From: Paenibacillus sp. | Lineage (GTDB): Bacteria; Bacillota; Bacilli; Paenibacillales; Paenibacillaceae | Direction of reading: 5' to 3' | Assembly (NCBI GenBank): GCA_036496075.1 | Contig: DASXLR010000149.1 | Location: 9,877-73,876 of the forward strand | Length of the DNA: 64,000 nt | Part shown: one piece after another, positions 1 to 8,031 of the stretch | Position numbering within the stretch: position 1 is the first letter of the stretch | Layout of the letters: every line of letters starts with the position of its first letter | The notes under the pieces: model-generated | What the model saw: the letters and a program-made list of their open reading frames with translations, nothing else | Told to the model about the DNA's origin: nothing | The model's database searches: none | Translations under genes and position numbers: made by a program

Positions 1-324
1 TCGCAATTTAAAGCAAATATGACCAACATAGTAAAGGAAAGCGAAGATGAGATTTTCAAGTATTATTTAGAAAACTTTGAAGATTATCGAGCGATGCAAA
101 GTGATAGTGAAGAAGTTGAAAAAATTGCTCCTAAGATTTCATCAATAGAAGAATTGGTAAAACTTGTAACGCCTGCATGTTTGTTAATAAGATATGATTT
201 CGATGACGGTATTAGAAGAGTAGGGATATTATGCGATTGTACTTGGGAACGAGAACATGGATTAGGTATTAGTATTGAAGACGAAAAAGTATTAGAAGTA
301 GGCCTTCAAGATATTGTACTTTAA
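1..324 (+). CDS. Probable immunity protein (DUF2004/DUF6985-like); frame is open to the window start, so possibly 5'-partial
   Basis: C-terminal motif GILCDCTWEREHGLGI..EVG.QD typical of this acidic immunity-associated family; lies in a toxin/immunity array. Confidence 0.6.
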   Translation, partial: SQFKANMTNIVKESEDEIFKYYLENFEDYRAMQSDSEEVEKIAPKISSIEELVKLVTPACLLIRYDFDDGIRRVGILCDCTWEREHGLGISIEDEKVLEVGLQDIVL

Positions 325-470
325 CTTTTAAAATTAAAAGGCGATGGCGTCCACAATTGGTTGATATAACAGAGAAGAGAGTAGTACCTCCATAAGCGGA
401 GTGAGAATTCTGTTTAATAAGTTTGATAGAAGAGACGGTAGATAGAGTGTTTACTTCTTAGAAGCAGGAT

Positions 471-560
471 CATACAACAAACCAAACACTAAACAACTTG
501 ATAAACTTTCAAAGGCTTATTCCAACTTGAATTTATGAGGAGGAATTGGCTTTTTTTGCA
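471..560 (+). repeat. Cassette-boundary repeat family B, copy 1 (AC-rich motif plus terminator-like hairpin and U-tract)
   Basis: Similar to 5968-6053: TACAA..ACCAA...ACTT(G)ATAAACTT..AAGGCTTATT..ACTTGAA.T.ATGAG.AGGAA...GC.TTTTTTGCA. Confidence 0.75.
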
Positions 561-636
561 CTTGTCTCGGTAGCTTCTAAAAACCAGAAACTGGATTAAC
601 TAACCTTGAGTTAATGAAAAAAGGTAGACCACCGTA

Positions 637-3042
637 TTGTCATTGACTTTACAGACGTATACTGGAACTTCTTCAATGAGTTCCATAAACGAATCTGTTA
701 CTTCTACGGAGTCAGGATTGGTAGAGACGGGAAGATGGTTCAATCTGGGGGACAAGCTTCGATTCAAGAAACAGGAACTGACCGTTATGTCATCTATAGC
801 CCGCTTAACAGAAGGTTTAATGAGCTATGAATATGAGGTAGGACCAGAACAGGGAGTACGTGAGAATCTAATCCTCAATGAAAAATTAACAGGAGCTGCG
901 CTGGAAGGAAAAGTACTAGAAATCGCAAAAGATACCGTTCGGGTACATTTGGATGTAGATGGCAAGCAAGAGAAACACGAGGCTAGCTGGATTCCATATT
1001 CTTCGGTATATACGGCTGAAGGAAGTAGTGGCTTGCATCTCATGCCGGAGATTGGAGACGCTATTCAGGTCTATTTCTCAAATGCGAGAGAAGAAAGTGC
1101 TGTGGCGATAAGTTCGGTTCGTAAAGGAGGGCAAGAATCGGCCAAAATGGCAGATAGTAGCGTGAAGTATTGGGGGACGCCTTACGGAAAAGAATTGAAG
1201 TTTGGTGCTTCTGACCTGACCTTAACCGCAACGGAGGGAAGTCTGTTCATCTCCCTAAAGGATAGTCAGGGAATTACCATTGAGAGTGACAAAGGAATGA
1301 AGATATCATCCAAGAAAGATATGAAGTGGACATCAGAGCAAAAGATAGATATGGAGGCGAAGGAAGCCTTACATTTGCTATGCGGTCGTAGCAGTATCAT
1401 TATGGACGGAGATACGGACATCCGAGGAAGTGATGTTCAACTCATCGGATTGACGAAGTTCCCCGTGTTTATTGAGGATTTGGAGCCAGTACCTGAGGCC
1501 CCCTTTATCACGGAAGTGGGTGCGGGTTCAGGACAGCCGAGCAAGACATCAGCTGTGATGAACCCTCCAACAAATGGGGAGCAGACCTCTTTGAGCTTGG
1601 CAGGTATGATTCCAATGTTCGGAATGACAGGAGCGTTAGCGAATGTAGCTTTAGCCGGAAATACGCAGGCAGCGGCACAATCTGCCCTAGCGAGTGTTCC
1701 CACGGGCATTAGCGGTCTTAATCCAATTTTGCAACAAAAATTAAGTAAACAGGCTGCATGGACGAACAAGTTATCTGGAGATTTTATAAGCATGAATCCA
1801 GATATAAAGGAAAGATTTTACGAAAACGCGAATAAGCCTTGGCTGAGGTCAACCGAATCGCCATATGATCGAAGAAAAAGAGAGCGAGAGGCGACTCTTA
1901 CAAAGAATAAATTTTGGAGACCTATTCTAGATTACACTGTTGTACCTTTTGCAGATACTGTGGATTATGTCATGGAAGAGACGACACCGGGATTATTTGT
2001 TAATCGTATGTCCTATAGCGCAGCGTCGATGTTCGGACCAACGGGTAGCTCAGAACCAACAACAAGGAATAAGACAGCGGATAAGGTGGCAGATGTAGTG
2101 GGCGGAATAGGAAGCATGTTCATGAATCCATCTGGAGTCGGAGTCCAAGGACAAAGCATGTGGAATGTGACGAATAAGGCAACAGCGTTTGTAACGAATA
2201 GTAAAGCAGGAGCGTTTTTTCAGAGTAAGATATCGCAGCTATTGGGAAATTCCAAAATAGCTCAAAATGTAACTAAGGGAGTTGTTACGGGAACAACAGC
2301 GGGAGCCACCCAATCAGTCTTGTACTCAATGCTGCAAGGCAAATCGAGCGGAAAAGAATTGTTACAAGCTCTCCTGTCTGGAGGAGTCCTGGGAGCGGGA
2401 TTTGGTGCACTAGGAGGGATATTTGGTACCTTGCTAGGTAAATTACTAGGTAGGCTCAATCTAGGGAAGGTATTTACCGATGCAAGGCAATTGGTAAGTA
2501 ACTGGACGAAGGGGAAAGAGATTAGTAAACTGAAACAGAGTATGAAAAAGGGGATCATTGAAGAGTCTCCGGTAGTTAGAGCGGGTGATGTTGATTTTAA
2601 ATTATGGGAAGAGATGCGTGCAAGTGGTCAGATCAGAATGGGGTCAAATGGACAAAGACATATTGGTGTACGTGAATTAAAACAATTTAAAAAAGAAATT
2701 AATGGAAAAGGCATTAAGGTTATTATTGATAAAAAAGGTAATATGTTACCAGACGACGTTGCGGCTGGTTTCGACCCATACACTGGGGGAATAATCCTAA
2801 GACGAGATCCGACTTATTTAGGCGTCATTCATGAATCATATCATGCTAAACAGTGGACGCAGTTAGGAAAAGAAAATTATCTGAAGCAATCAAGGCTTGA
2901 AAGAGAGGAGTATGTTTATAATGAAATATTAAAAAATAAAGATAAATTTTCTGAAGGTGAAGTGTTATATTCTATGAGATATATTTATAAAGTAAGGTTT
3001 GGAGAATGGCCGCCACAAAACTGGAAAGAATTTACAAATTAA
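637..3042 (+). CDS. Polymorphic toxin: N-terminally truncated VgrG/gp5-like spike region, linker, Gly-rich hydrophobic pre-toxin region and C-terminal zincin metallopeptidase toxin (Tox-MPTase4-like)
   Basis: OB-fold-like LEGKVLEIAKDTVRVHLD..W.PY.S.Y...G..LMPEIGDAIQVYF followed by beta-helix-like repeats; C-terminus GFDPYTGGIILRRDPTYLGVIHESYH (HExxH) ..LEREEYVY. Confidence 0.8.
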   Translation: MSLTLQTYTGTSSMSSINESVTSTESGLVETGRWFNLGDKLRFKKQELTVMSSIARLTEGLMSYEYEVGPEQGVRENLILNEKLTGAALEGKVLEIAKDTVRVHLDVDGKQEKHEASWIPYSSVYTAEGSSGLHLMPEIGDAIQVYFSNAREESAVAISSVRKGGQESAKMADSSVKYWGTPYGKELKFGASDLTLTATEGSLFISLKDSQGITIESDKGMKISSKKDMKWTSEQKIDMEAKEALHLLCGRSSIIMDGDTDIRGSDVQLIGLTKFPVFIEDLEPVPEAPFITEVGAGSGQPSKTSAVMNPPTNGEQTSLSLAGMIPMFGMTGALANVALAGNTQAAAQSALASVPTGISGLNPILQQKLSKQAAWTNKLSGDFISMNPDIKERFYENANKPWLRSTESPYDRRKREREATLTKNKFWRPILDYTVVPFADTVDYVMEETTPGLFVNRMSYSAASMFGPTGSSEPTTRNKTADKVADVVGGIGSMFMNPSGVGVQGQSMWNVTNKATAFVTNSKAGAFFQSKISQLLGNSKIAQNVTKGVVTGTTAGATQSVLYSMLQGKSSGKELLQALLSGGVLGAGFGALGGIFGTLLGKLLGRLNLGKVFTDARQLVSNWTKGKEISKLKQSMKKGIIEESPVVRAGDVDFKLWEEMRASGQIRMGSNGQRHIGVRELKQFKKEINGKGIKVIIDKKGNMLPDDVAAGFDPYTGGIILRRDPTYLGVIHESYHAKQWTQLGKENYLKQSRLEREEYVYNEILKNKDKFSEGEVLYSMRYIYKVRFGEWPPQNWKEFTN
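2294..2585 (+). repeat. Pre-toxin segment duplicated at 5017-5287
   Basis: Near-identical DNA; both copies encode ...GATQSVLYSMLQGKSSGKELLQ...EESPVVRAG. Confidence 0.95.
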
Positions 3043-3056
3043 GGAGGGAAAAGATC

Positions 3057-3404
3057 ATAACGAATTTATCCATTAATCTGGCACTAGAAGTTGCTCTAGC
3101 TTATAAAGAAAAATACAAGTTATCAGGAACCATTGATAACAACAAGGAAAGGACAATTAAAGCATATGACGGTTTTGACGGTGTTATAGGAGCAGCATGG
3201 ATTGTCTTAGTAACTATAGTTCCTACTATATATCATGCAGATGATGAATATACTATTATTATTTCTGACGAAAAAGCAGAGGTTGAATATATTATTGATG
3301 CTAATGGACATTACTATGCCCCTCATTTAAAAGGGAATAGCGGAATGACAGATGAAGAATTCGATGCAATTTGGGATGACGAGACTGATGAGAGAAAAGG
3401 TTAA
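3057..3404 (+). CDS. Probable cognate immunity protein of the metallopeptidase toxin
   Basis: Small acidic ORF directly after the toxin stop; AGGAGG at 3042-3047 points to an in-frame ATC/ATA at 3054/3057 rather than the ATG at 3006. Confidence 0.65.
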   Translation: MTNLSINLALEVALAYKEKYKLSGTIDNNKERTIKAYDGFDGVIGAAWIVLVTIVPTIYHADDEYTIIISDEKAEVEYIIDANGHYYAPHLKGNSGMTDEEFDAIWDDETDERKG

Positions 3405-3497
3405 ATATTACTAACGGGGGATGTCAATACTTTCTACAAATTTTCTTGTTAATTCTGTTCACCGAATTATTGTAGTATCTACATCTTAAAGGCAGGG

Positions 3498-3623
3498 TTG
3501 TACAAAACAACCAATACTCTGTAGAACGCCACAATGCGAGTTAGCCGCCCGTATTGTGGTCTTTTTTGCTCTTGTCCCTATCGCGGCGCTGAGAGAATAG
3601 ACCCTCACCCAGTGCCGAATGAA
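3498..3623 (+). repeat. Cassette-boundary repeat family A, copy 1 (contains hairpin CCACAATGCG..CGTATTGTGG plus U-tract)
   Basis: Similar to 6841-6967 and, in its 3' part, to 7083-7124 (ACCCAGTGCYGAATGAA shared). Confidence 0.85.
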
Positions 3624-3644
3624 CTGTTATATCATGCGCAATAG

Positions 3645-3722
3645 AAGCTTACCCTTCATACATGTCCACATTGCAATTATATTTTAAAAGATTTTAATAT
3701 TATATCTGATTCACCAAAATAA
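3645..3722 (+). pseudogene. C-terminal remnant of a YwqJ-like deaminase toxin
   Basis: Translates KLTLHTCPHCNYILKDFNIISDSPK*; CPHC zinc motif, immediately upstream of a ywqK-like and an endonuclease V gene. Confidence 0.6.
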
Positions 3723-3752
3723 TCTAATAGATAAAGGAGTGGATAGAATAAA

Positions 3753-4181
3753 ATGAATGATTTCAATATTTTTCCTATAGAAGAAGTATTGTTTAAAGGC
3801 ATAGAATTTGTTGACGATGTTTGTTTTTCAGGAGAGGCTGGGCAGCAAGTTTTTGATAAACCAATGGAAGATGGAGGGAAGCCGATATCAGGTCTTTTAT
3901 ATGAAAAATATCGAAATGGAAATTTAGCTTATTATTGTTATTATGAGAACGGTGTGTCTGATGGTGATTTTGTAAACTATTTTGAAAGTGGTAAAATATC
4001 AAGCATTCAACGAATGAGTAAGGGAGCAATATTTGGGCGAAAAATTTCTTGGTTTGAAAATGGTCATATTAAATCCATTGCGGAAGGTAAATATGGTTTC
4101 AAAATAACTTATAGAGAGTGGAATATAGAAGGGGAACTAATAACTGAAAAAATAGAGCCAAGCGAATTTGAAAAAAAATGA
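3753..4181 (+). CDS. YwqK-family antitoxin (MORN-variant repeats)
   Basis: GKPISGLLYEKYRNGNLAYY..YENG..DG....YFESGKI....W FENG.IK repeats; RBS AAGGAG upstream; C-terminus possibly clipped at an A8 tract. Confidence 0.8.
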   Translation: MNDFNIFPIEEVLFKGIEFVDDVCFSGEAGQQVFDKPMEDGGKPISGLLYEKYRNGNLAYYCYYENGVSDGDFVNYFESGKISSIQRMSKGAIFGRKISWFENGHIKSIAEGKYGFKITYREWNIEGELITEKIEPSEFEKK

Positions 4182-4211
4182 TAGATAAGTATGATAAATG
4201 GGCTGAACAAG

Positions 4212-4892
4212 ATGGAAAATAACAAAACGGAAATCTTTGATAAAATTCAATATGACTTATCTCGAAATATAAAATTAGAAAATAATTTTGATAAAGAAGA
4301 TATACGACTGATTGCAGGGGTTGATTTAGCATACTGGGAAGAAGATGAAAAGACAATTGCAGTTTGTTGCATATGCGTCGTGGATCTTATGACGAAAGAG
4401 GTAATTGAGATAAAGTCTTTGAAAGATGAAATTAAGGTGCCGTATATACCAGGATATTTATCTTTTAGGGAATTACCATTAATTCTCGACACCTTTAAAG
4501 TTTTGAATAGTGATCCAGAAATTATAATGTTCGATGGGAATGGGTACTTGCATCCTAGAAATATGGGAATCGCAACGCACGCTTCTTTCTATTTAAATAA
4601 ACCAACAATAGGTGTTGCAAAAAGCTACTTGAAAATTGGGTCGGTTAATTTTGTTATGCCCTGTGATGAAGAAGGGGCGTTCACTGATATTGTGATAAGC
4701 AACACAGTATATGGACGAGCACTAAGAACACATAAACATGTCAAACCAATCTTTATTTCATGTGGTAATTGGATTGATATAGATACCGTTACAGAGATTA
4801 CGTTAGCGTTAATTAATAATGAAAGTAGATTGCCTATACCAGTAAGACAAGCCGATTTAGAAACTAAAAAAATGAGAGAACGATTTAGATAA
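4212..4892 (+). CDS. nfi: Endonuclease V (deoxyinosine 3' endonuclease, YwqL-like)
   Basis: IAGVDLAY, PYIPGYLSFRELP, DGNGYLHPR.MGIATH, PTIGVAK, R.P.P.R.AD motifs; start taken at ATG 4212. Confidence 0.92.
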   Translation: MENNKTEIFDKIQYDLSRNIKLENNFDKEDIRLIAGVDLAYWEEDEKTIAVCCICVVDLMTKEVIEIKSLKDEIKVPYIPGYLSFRELPLILDTFKVLNSDPEIIMFDGNGYLHPRNMGIATHASFYLNKPTIGVAKSYLKIGSVNFVMPCDEEGAFTDIVISNTVYGRALRTHKHVKPIFISCGNWIDIDTVTEITLALINNESRLPIPVRQADLETKKMRERFR

Positions 4893-4928
4893 TATGGGAA
4901 AAATGAGTCTGCAAAATAGATTCGTATT

Positions 4929-4966
4929 ATGAGGTTAGCTAGCTAAATCTGGTTAACCTCATTTTT
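4929..4966 (+). terminator. Intrinsic terminator after endonuclease V
   Basis: ATGAGGTTAG..TTAACCTCAT stem followed by TTTT. Confidence 0.7.
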
Positions 4967-5016
4967 GCGTTAAAAATTAGCATTAGTCGGAGAGAACGAT
5001 AAAATACGTGGGCTAT

Positions 5017-5287
5017 CAACAGTTGGAGCCACCCAGTCAGTCTTATACTCAATGCTGCAAGGCAAATCGAGCGGAAAAGAATTGTTACAAGCTCTCCTGT
5101 CTGGAGGAATCCTGAGGGGGATATTTGGTTCCTTACTAGGTAAATTACTAGGTAGGCTCAATCTAGGGAAGGTATTTACCGACGCAAGGCAATTAGTAAG
5201 TAACTGGACGAAGGGGAAAGAGATTAGTAAACTGAAACAAAGTATGAAAAAGGGGATCATTGAGGAGTCGCCAGTGGTTAGGGCGGG
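5017..5287 (+). pseudogene. Orphan pre-toxin fragment (copy of 2294-2585 with a 21-bp in-frame deletion); its toxin domain is lost
   Basis: Direct sequence match ends at the VVRAG codons, where the upstream gene's toxin domain begins. Confidence 0.85.
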
Positions 5288-5399
5288 AAAAGGAAGGTTG
5301 AAGCTAAACCTGAACCTGAACCTATTACTGAGAAGCCACTGGCTTAAAAAATGATTAATATAGTATTGAGTCTGTAAAATAGTTTCGGAGGAAAATAGA

Positions 5400-5864
5400 G
5401 TGAAGTATTTATATGAATTTATTAGTCTTTTGAACAATGATAGAACACCAATGAATCCATGCACCAATGAAGATTTGACTCATGTAAAAGAAATGATTGG
5501 TGATAAAAAATTACCAGAGGCATATATTGAATTTCTTAAGACTATGGGTAGAGGTACAGAAAATACTTTTCTACGAGGACACTCTTGCTTTATGGATGAA
5601 CTTTTAATTCTAAATGAAGGTGGGTGGGAACTCCTTGAGGAAAATGATTTTTTTAAGAAGCTAACTGAAAATGATTTTGTTTTTTGGATGAGTCAAGGTT
5701 GTATGTTTTTCTTTTTTAAATTAGATGAAGGAGATAATCCTCCAATCTATTTTTATTCTGAGAGTACTGATCAGGATGACTTTTACAAAATTGCAGATTC
5801 ATTTACTGATTTCTTATTAGGTATGTATACAAATGACAAAAATCTATTTAAAAAGAAGAATTGA
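5400..5864 (+). CDS. SMI1/KNR4 (SUKH) family immunity protein
   Basis: PCT.EDL...E......LPEAYIEFL..MG, F.MSQG..F.FF...GDNPPIY.Y, IADSFTDFL. Confidence 0.88.
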   Translation: MKYLYEFISLLNNDRTPMNPCTNEDLTHVKEMIGDKKLPEAYIEFLKTMGRGTENTFLRGHSCFMDELLILNEGGWELLEENDFFKKLTENDFVFWMSQGCMFFFFKLDEGDNPPIYFYSESTDQDDFYKIADSFTDFLLGMYTNDKNLFKKKN

Positions 5865-5967
5865 AACAAAACTTGGATTTAGATAGGGGTCTGTCAAATT
5901 TAGTGTAAACTGACTTGGTAAACGTCCTTCAAAAACATATTAGGTTTACAGCTCCAAAAACAAAGTC

Positions 5968-6053
5968 GTACAATACAACCAACAAACCATATACTTATAA
6001 ACTTAGAAGGCTTATTTCACTTGAACTATGAGTAGGAACAAGCCTTTTTTGCA
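5968..6053 (+). repeat. Cassette-boundary repeat family B, copy 2
   Basis: Similar to 471-560; AAGGCTT..AAGCCTT stem plus U-tract. Confidence 0.75.
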
Positions 6054-6153
6054 TGCTAAAAATTCAACGCCAATATAGACGACAGTACGATAGAGAGTAT
6101 AAACGGAACTGGGGGCAGTAGCCGGAGAACAGACAAAAGGAAAGAGAGTATGA

Positions 6154-6426
6154 AGCTCGGTAAACGGTGGACTTAAACTAAAATTAGATGCTAATGGTAA
6201 TGTAATTTATAAAGAAGTAAGAAATCCAAAAACAGTATACGGTTCACCTATTACTGACGATAATATCTTGAAATGGGGACGGGAAGCAATAGTGGAAGCT
6301 GAAAAGGCAGGAAGAGTAATGCAGGAAGGAACAAATCAAGGTACTGCAGGAAATGGTTTGATATTTGAATGGAGAATAAAAAAACGGAAAAATAGATTCC
6401 ATTGCTACTGGAGGAAACATAAATGA
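6154..6426 (+). pseudogene. Orphan toxin C-terminal remnant, EndoU-like (CdiA-CT type) RNase
   Basis: Open frame with no plausible start: ..YKEVRNPKTVYGSPITDDNILKWGREA...GTAGNGLIFEW..; overlaps the start of the downstream CdiI-like gene. Confidence 0.6.
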
Positions 6427-6815
6427 ATGAATATATACAGGTTACAGAGCAAGAACGGAAGGAATGGCTCATTCATCAGCTTTTTTATTCCATGGGCTTC
6501 TTTCGTACAGATACGAGAAACCCATTCAGAATGTTAAGTGAGTTTCAATATGAATCTGGAAGTAACATTTGTGGGTCTGAAACCATAGGATGTTCTTTAT
6601 CAGCCTATTATACTCTAGATGACGAATACTACATCGGAGAAAATAAAGCATGCATCGTTGATGATGTTACAGAGGAAGAGATCATCATGGATGAAGCGGA
6701 ATTCTACCCTTATATCGAAAAGTACAGCATGGAGTACTTAAAAAATAATCAAGAGTTAAAAGAAGAGGTTATAGAATGTTTGAAAAATATCAGAAAGAGA
6801 TTCAAAGTAGAATAA
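6423..6815 (+). CDS. Ribonuclease-toxin immunity protein (CdiI-like)
   Basis: G.E..GC......D.YYIGEN......EEIIMD..EFY.Y......YL....E....V...L..I pattern; RBS GGAGG upstream. Confidence 0.7.
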   Translation: MNEYIQVTEQERKEWLIHQLFYSMGFFRTDTRNPFRMLSEFQYESGSNICGSETIGCSLSAYYTLDDEYYIGENKACIVDDVTEEEIIMDEAEFYPYIEKYSMEYLKNNQELKEEVIECLKNIRKRFKVE

Positions 6816-6840
6816 TAAACTGAGACCTCATCAACAAAGA

Positions 6841-7004
6841 TTGTACAACACAATCAATACCCCATGTAGAACACCACAATGCGAGCTATCCACCTGTATT
6901 GTGGTCTTTTTTTGCCCTCGGTTCTGTCGCGGCGGCTTCTCAAAAGCCCTACCCAGTGCCGAATGAATTCATCATTCAACCAATAGCAGACTTAATCTAT
7001 GTAA
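6841..7004 (+). repeat. Cassette-boundary repeat family A, copy 2 (terminator plus 3' extension)
   Basis: Matches 3498-3623; its 3' half recurs at 7083-7161. Confidence 0.85.
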
Positions 7005-7070
7005 CACCACTACAGAGATTTCTTCATTTTGTTTGTACGCACAGTAATACTTGAATATACCCTAAATAAC
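7005..7070 (+). repeat. Direct repeat, partner of 8196-8264
   Basis: GATTTCTTCA.TT.GTTTGTACGCACA......TTGAATAT..ACCCTA.ATAAC in both. Confidence 0.75.
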
Positions 7071-7082
7071 GCTATGACGTTT

Positions 7083-7161
7083 TCGTGGCGGTTGATGGAT
7101 AGACCCCACCCAGTGCTGAATGAATCCATAATTCAACCAATAACACACTTAACCCATGCAA
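7083..7161 (+). repeat. Partial repeat family A, copy 3
   Basis: CCCAGTGCTGAATGAATCCATAATTCAACCAATAACACACTTAACCCATGCAA resembles 6952-7004. Confidence 0.75.
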
Positions 7162-7291
7162 TTTTAAAAATATTTTAAAAATATAGAGGTGATAAGAGTT
7201 GAAGTACGAAAAAAATAATGAATCTTATTTTGAATATTCTGGAATACAGTTAGAAAAGGATGGAAATGTATTTGAGCCATGTATGGCTGTA

Positions 7292-7687
7292 TCAAATCTC
7301 CATATTTAAAAATAAATCTCCGGATGCTAAATTTATCAATTCTGAAATCAAAAATTCTAATGCATTCATGGTCTTCAGTTTTTGAAAGATCTCAGTAATT
7401 ACAATCGTATCCTCACGGGTCACACATGTAGCTAGTATTATACCAGCCACGTCGGCACTTTCAGTATACAAATGGGAATGATCAGAGATTTTACGAACCT
7501 TTCGGAACCAGAGATAACCCCCGGTAATATACATAGCATGATTGTAATCGACGAGGTAACCCAAAGCAATTTCATAACTTAGATCGTCAGCATCATATGG
7601 ACCCAAAACAATACAAATTTGTTCAAGCAAGTAAACCAACGACCTTTCGTTATTTTTATAGTGACATACTTCGAATTCCAAAACCAA
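7292..7687 (-). CDS. Hypothetical protein divergent from the XRE regulator
   Basis: 131-codon ORF, no clear RBS, no recognised motif. Confidence 0.3.
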   Translation of the reverse strand: MVLEFEVCHYKNNERSLVYLLEQICIVLGPYDADDLSYEIALGYLVDYNHAMYITGGYLWFRKVRKISDHSHLYTESADVAGIILATCVTREDTIVITEIFQKLKTMNALEFLISELINLASGDLFLNMEI

Positions 7688-7716
7688 CGGTGAACATGTA
7701 TTTTTTTTGTTGTTTT

Positions 7717-7769
7717 GTACGCATAAGCGTACGTCATTTAAAAGAATTATATCGTACGCTTATAGGTAC
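7717..7769. promoter_or_regulatory. Two palindromic operator boxes upstream of the XRE gene
   Basis: GTACGC-ATAA-GCGTAC (7717-7732, perfect) and GTACGC-TTAT-AGGTAC (7754-7769). Confidence 0.65.
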
Positions 7770-7809
7770 AGTCAATGACTAAAATGATGATAGTTTGGAG
7801 CGTGTGAAT

Positions 7810-8031
7810 ATGACTAAGAAAGTGCGTGTGACACTGGATGAATCGTTACAGCGAAAGGGTATGACCATGAATGAATTGTCTTTAAAGGCTGATGTCCGTC
7901 GGGCTGCTATTTCTGAGCTTATCAATGGTAAGAGAGAAAACATCAACTTCCGTCACATTGAGCAGATCGCTGAAGTACTTAAGATATCAGATATTAGAGA
8001 GATCATTACGCTAGTTGAGGAGAATGATTAG
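7810..8031 (+). CDS. XRE/Cro-family HTH transcriptional regulator
   Basis: L...L..KGMTMNELS..ADVRRAAISELINGKR.NI....IE.IA..L.I.DI. Confidence 0.88.
   Translation: MTKKVRVTLDESLQRKGMTMNELSLKADVRRAAISELINGKRENINFRHIEQIAEVLKISDIREIITLVEEND

Noticed and set aside
5052-5354. 100-aa ORF as an independent protein
   Set aside because: It is the internal duplicated fragment, has no RBS and runs into non-homologous sequence
4970-5467. Minus-strand 165-aa ORF (and 2262-2558) as genes
   Set aside because: Antisense shadows of the duplicated pre-toxin segment
7199-7309. Short plus-strand ORF MKYEKNNESYFEYSG.. with RBS AGAGGTG
   Set aside because: Only 36 codons with no recognisable family; possibly the stump of another immunity gene, but unsupported
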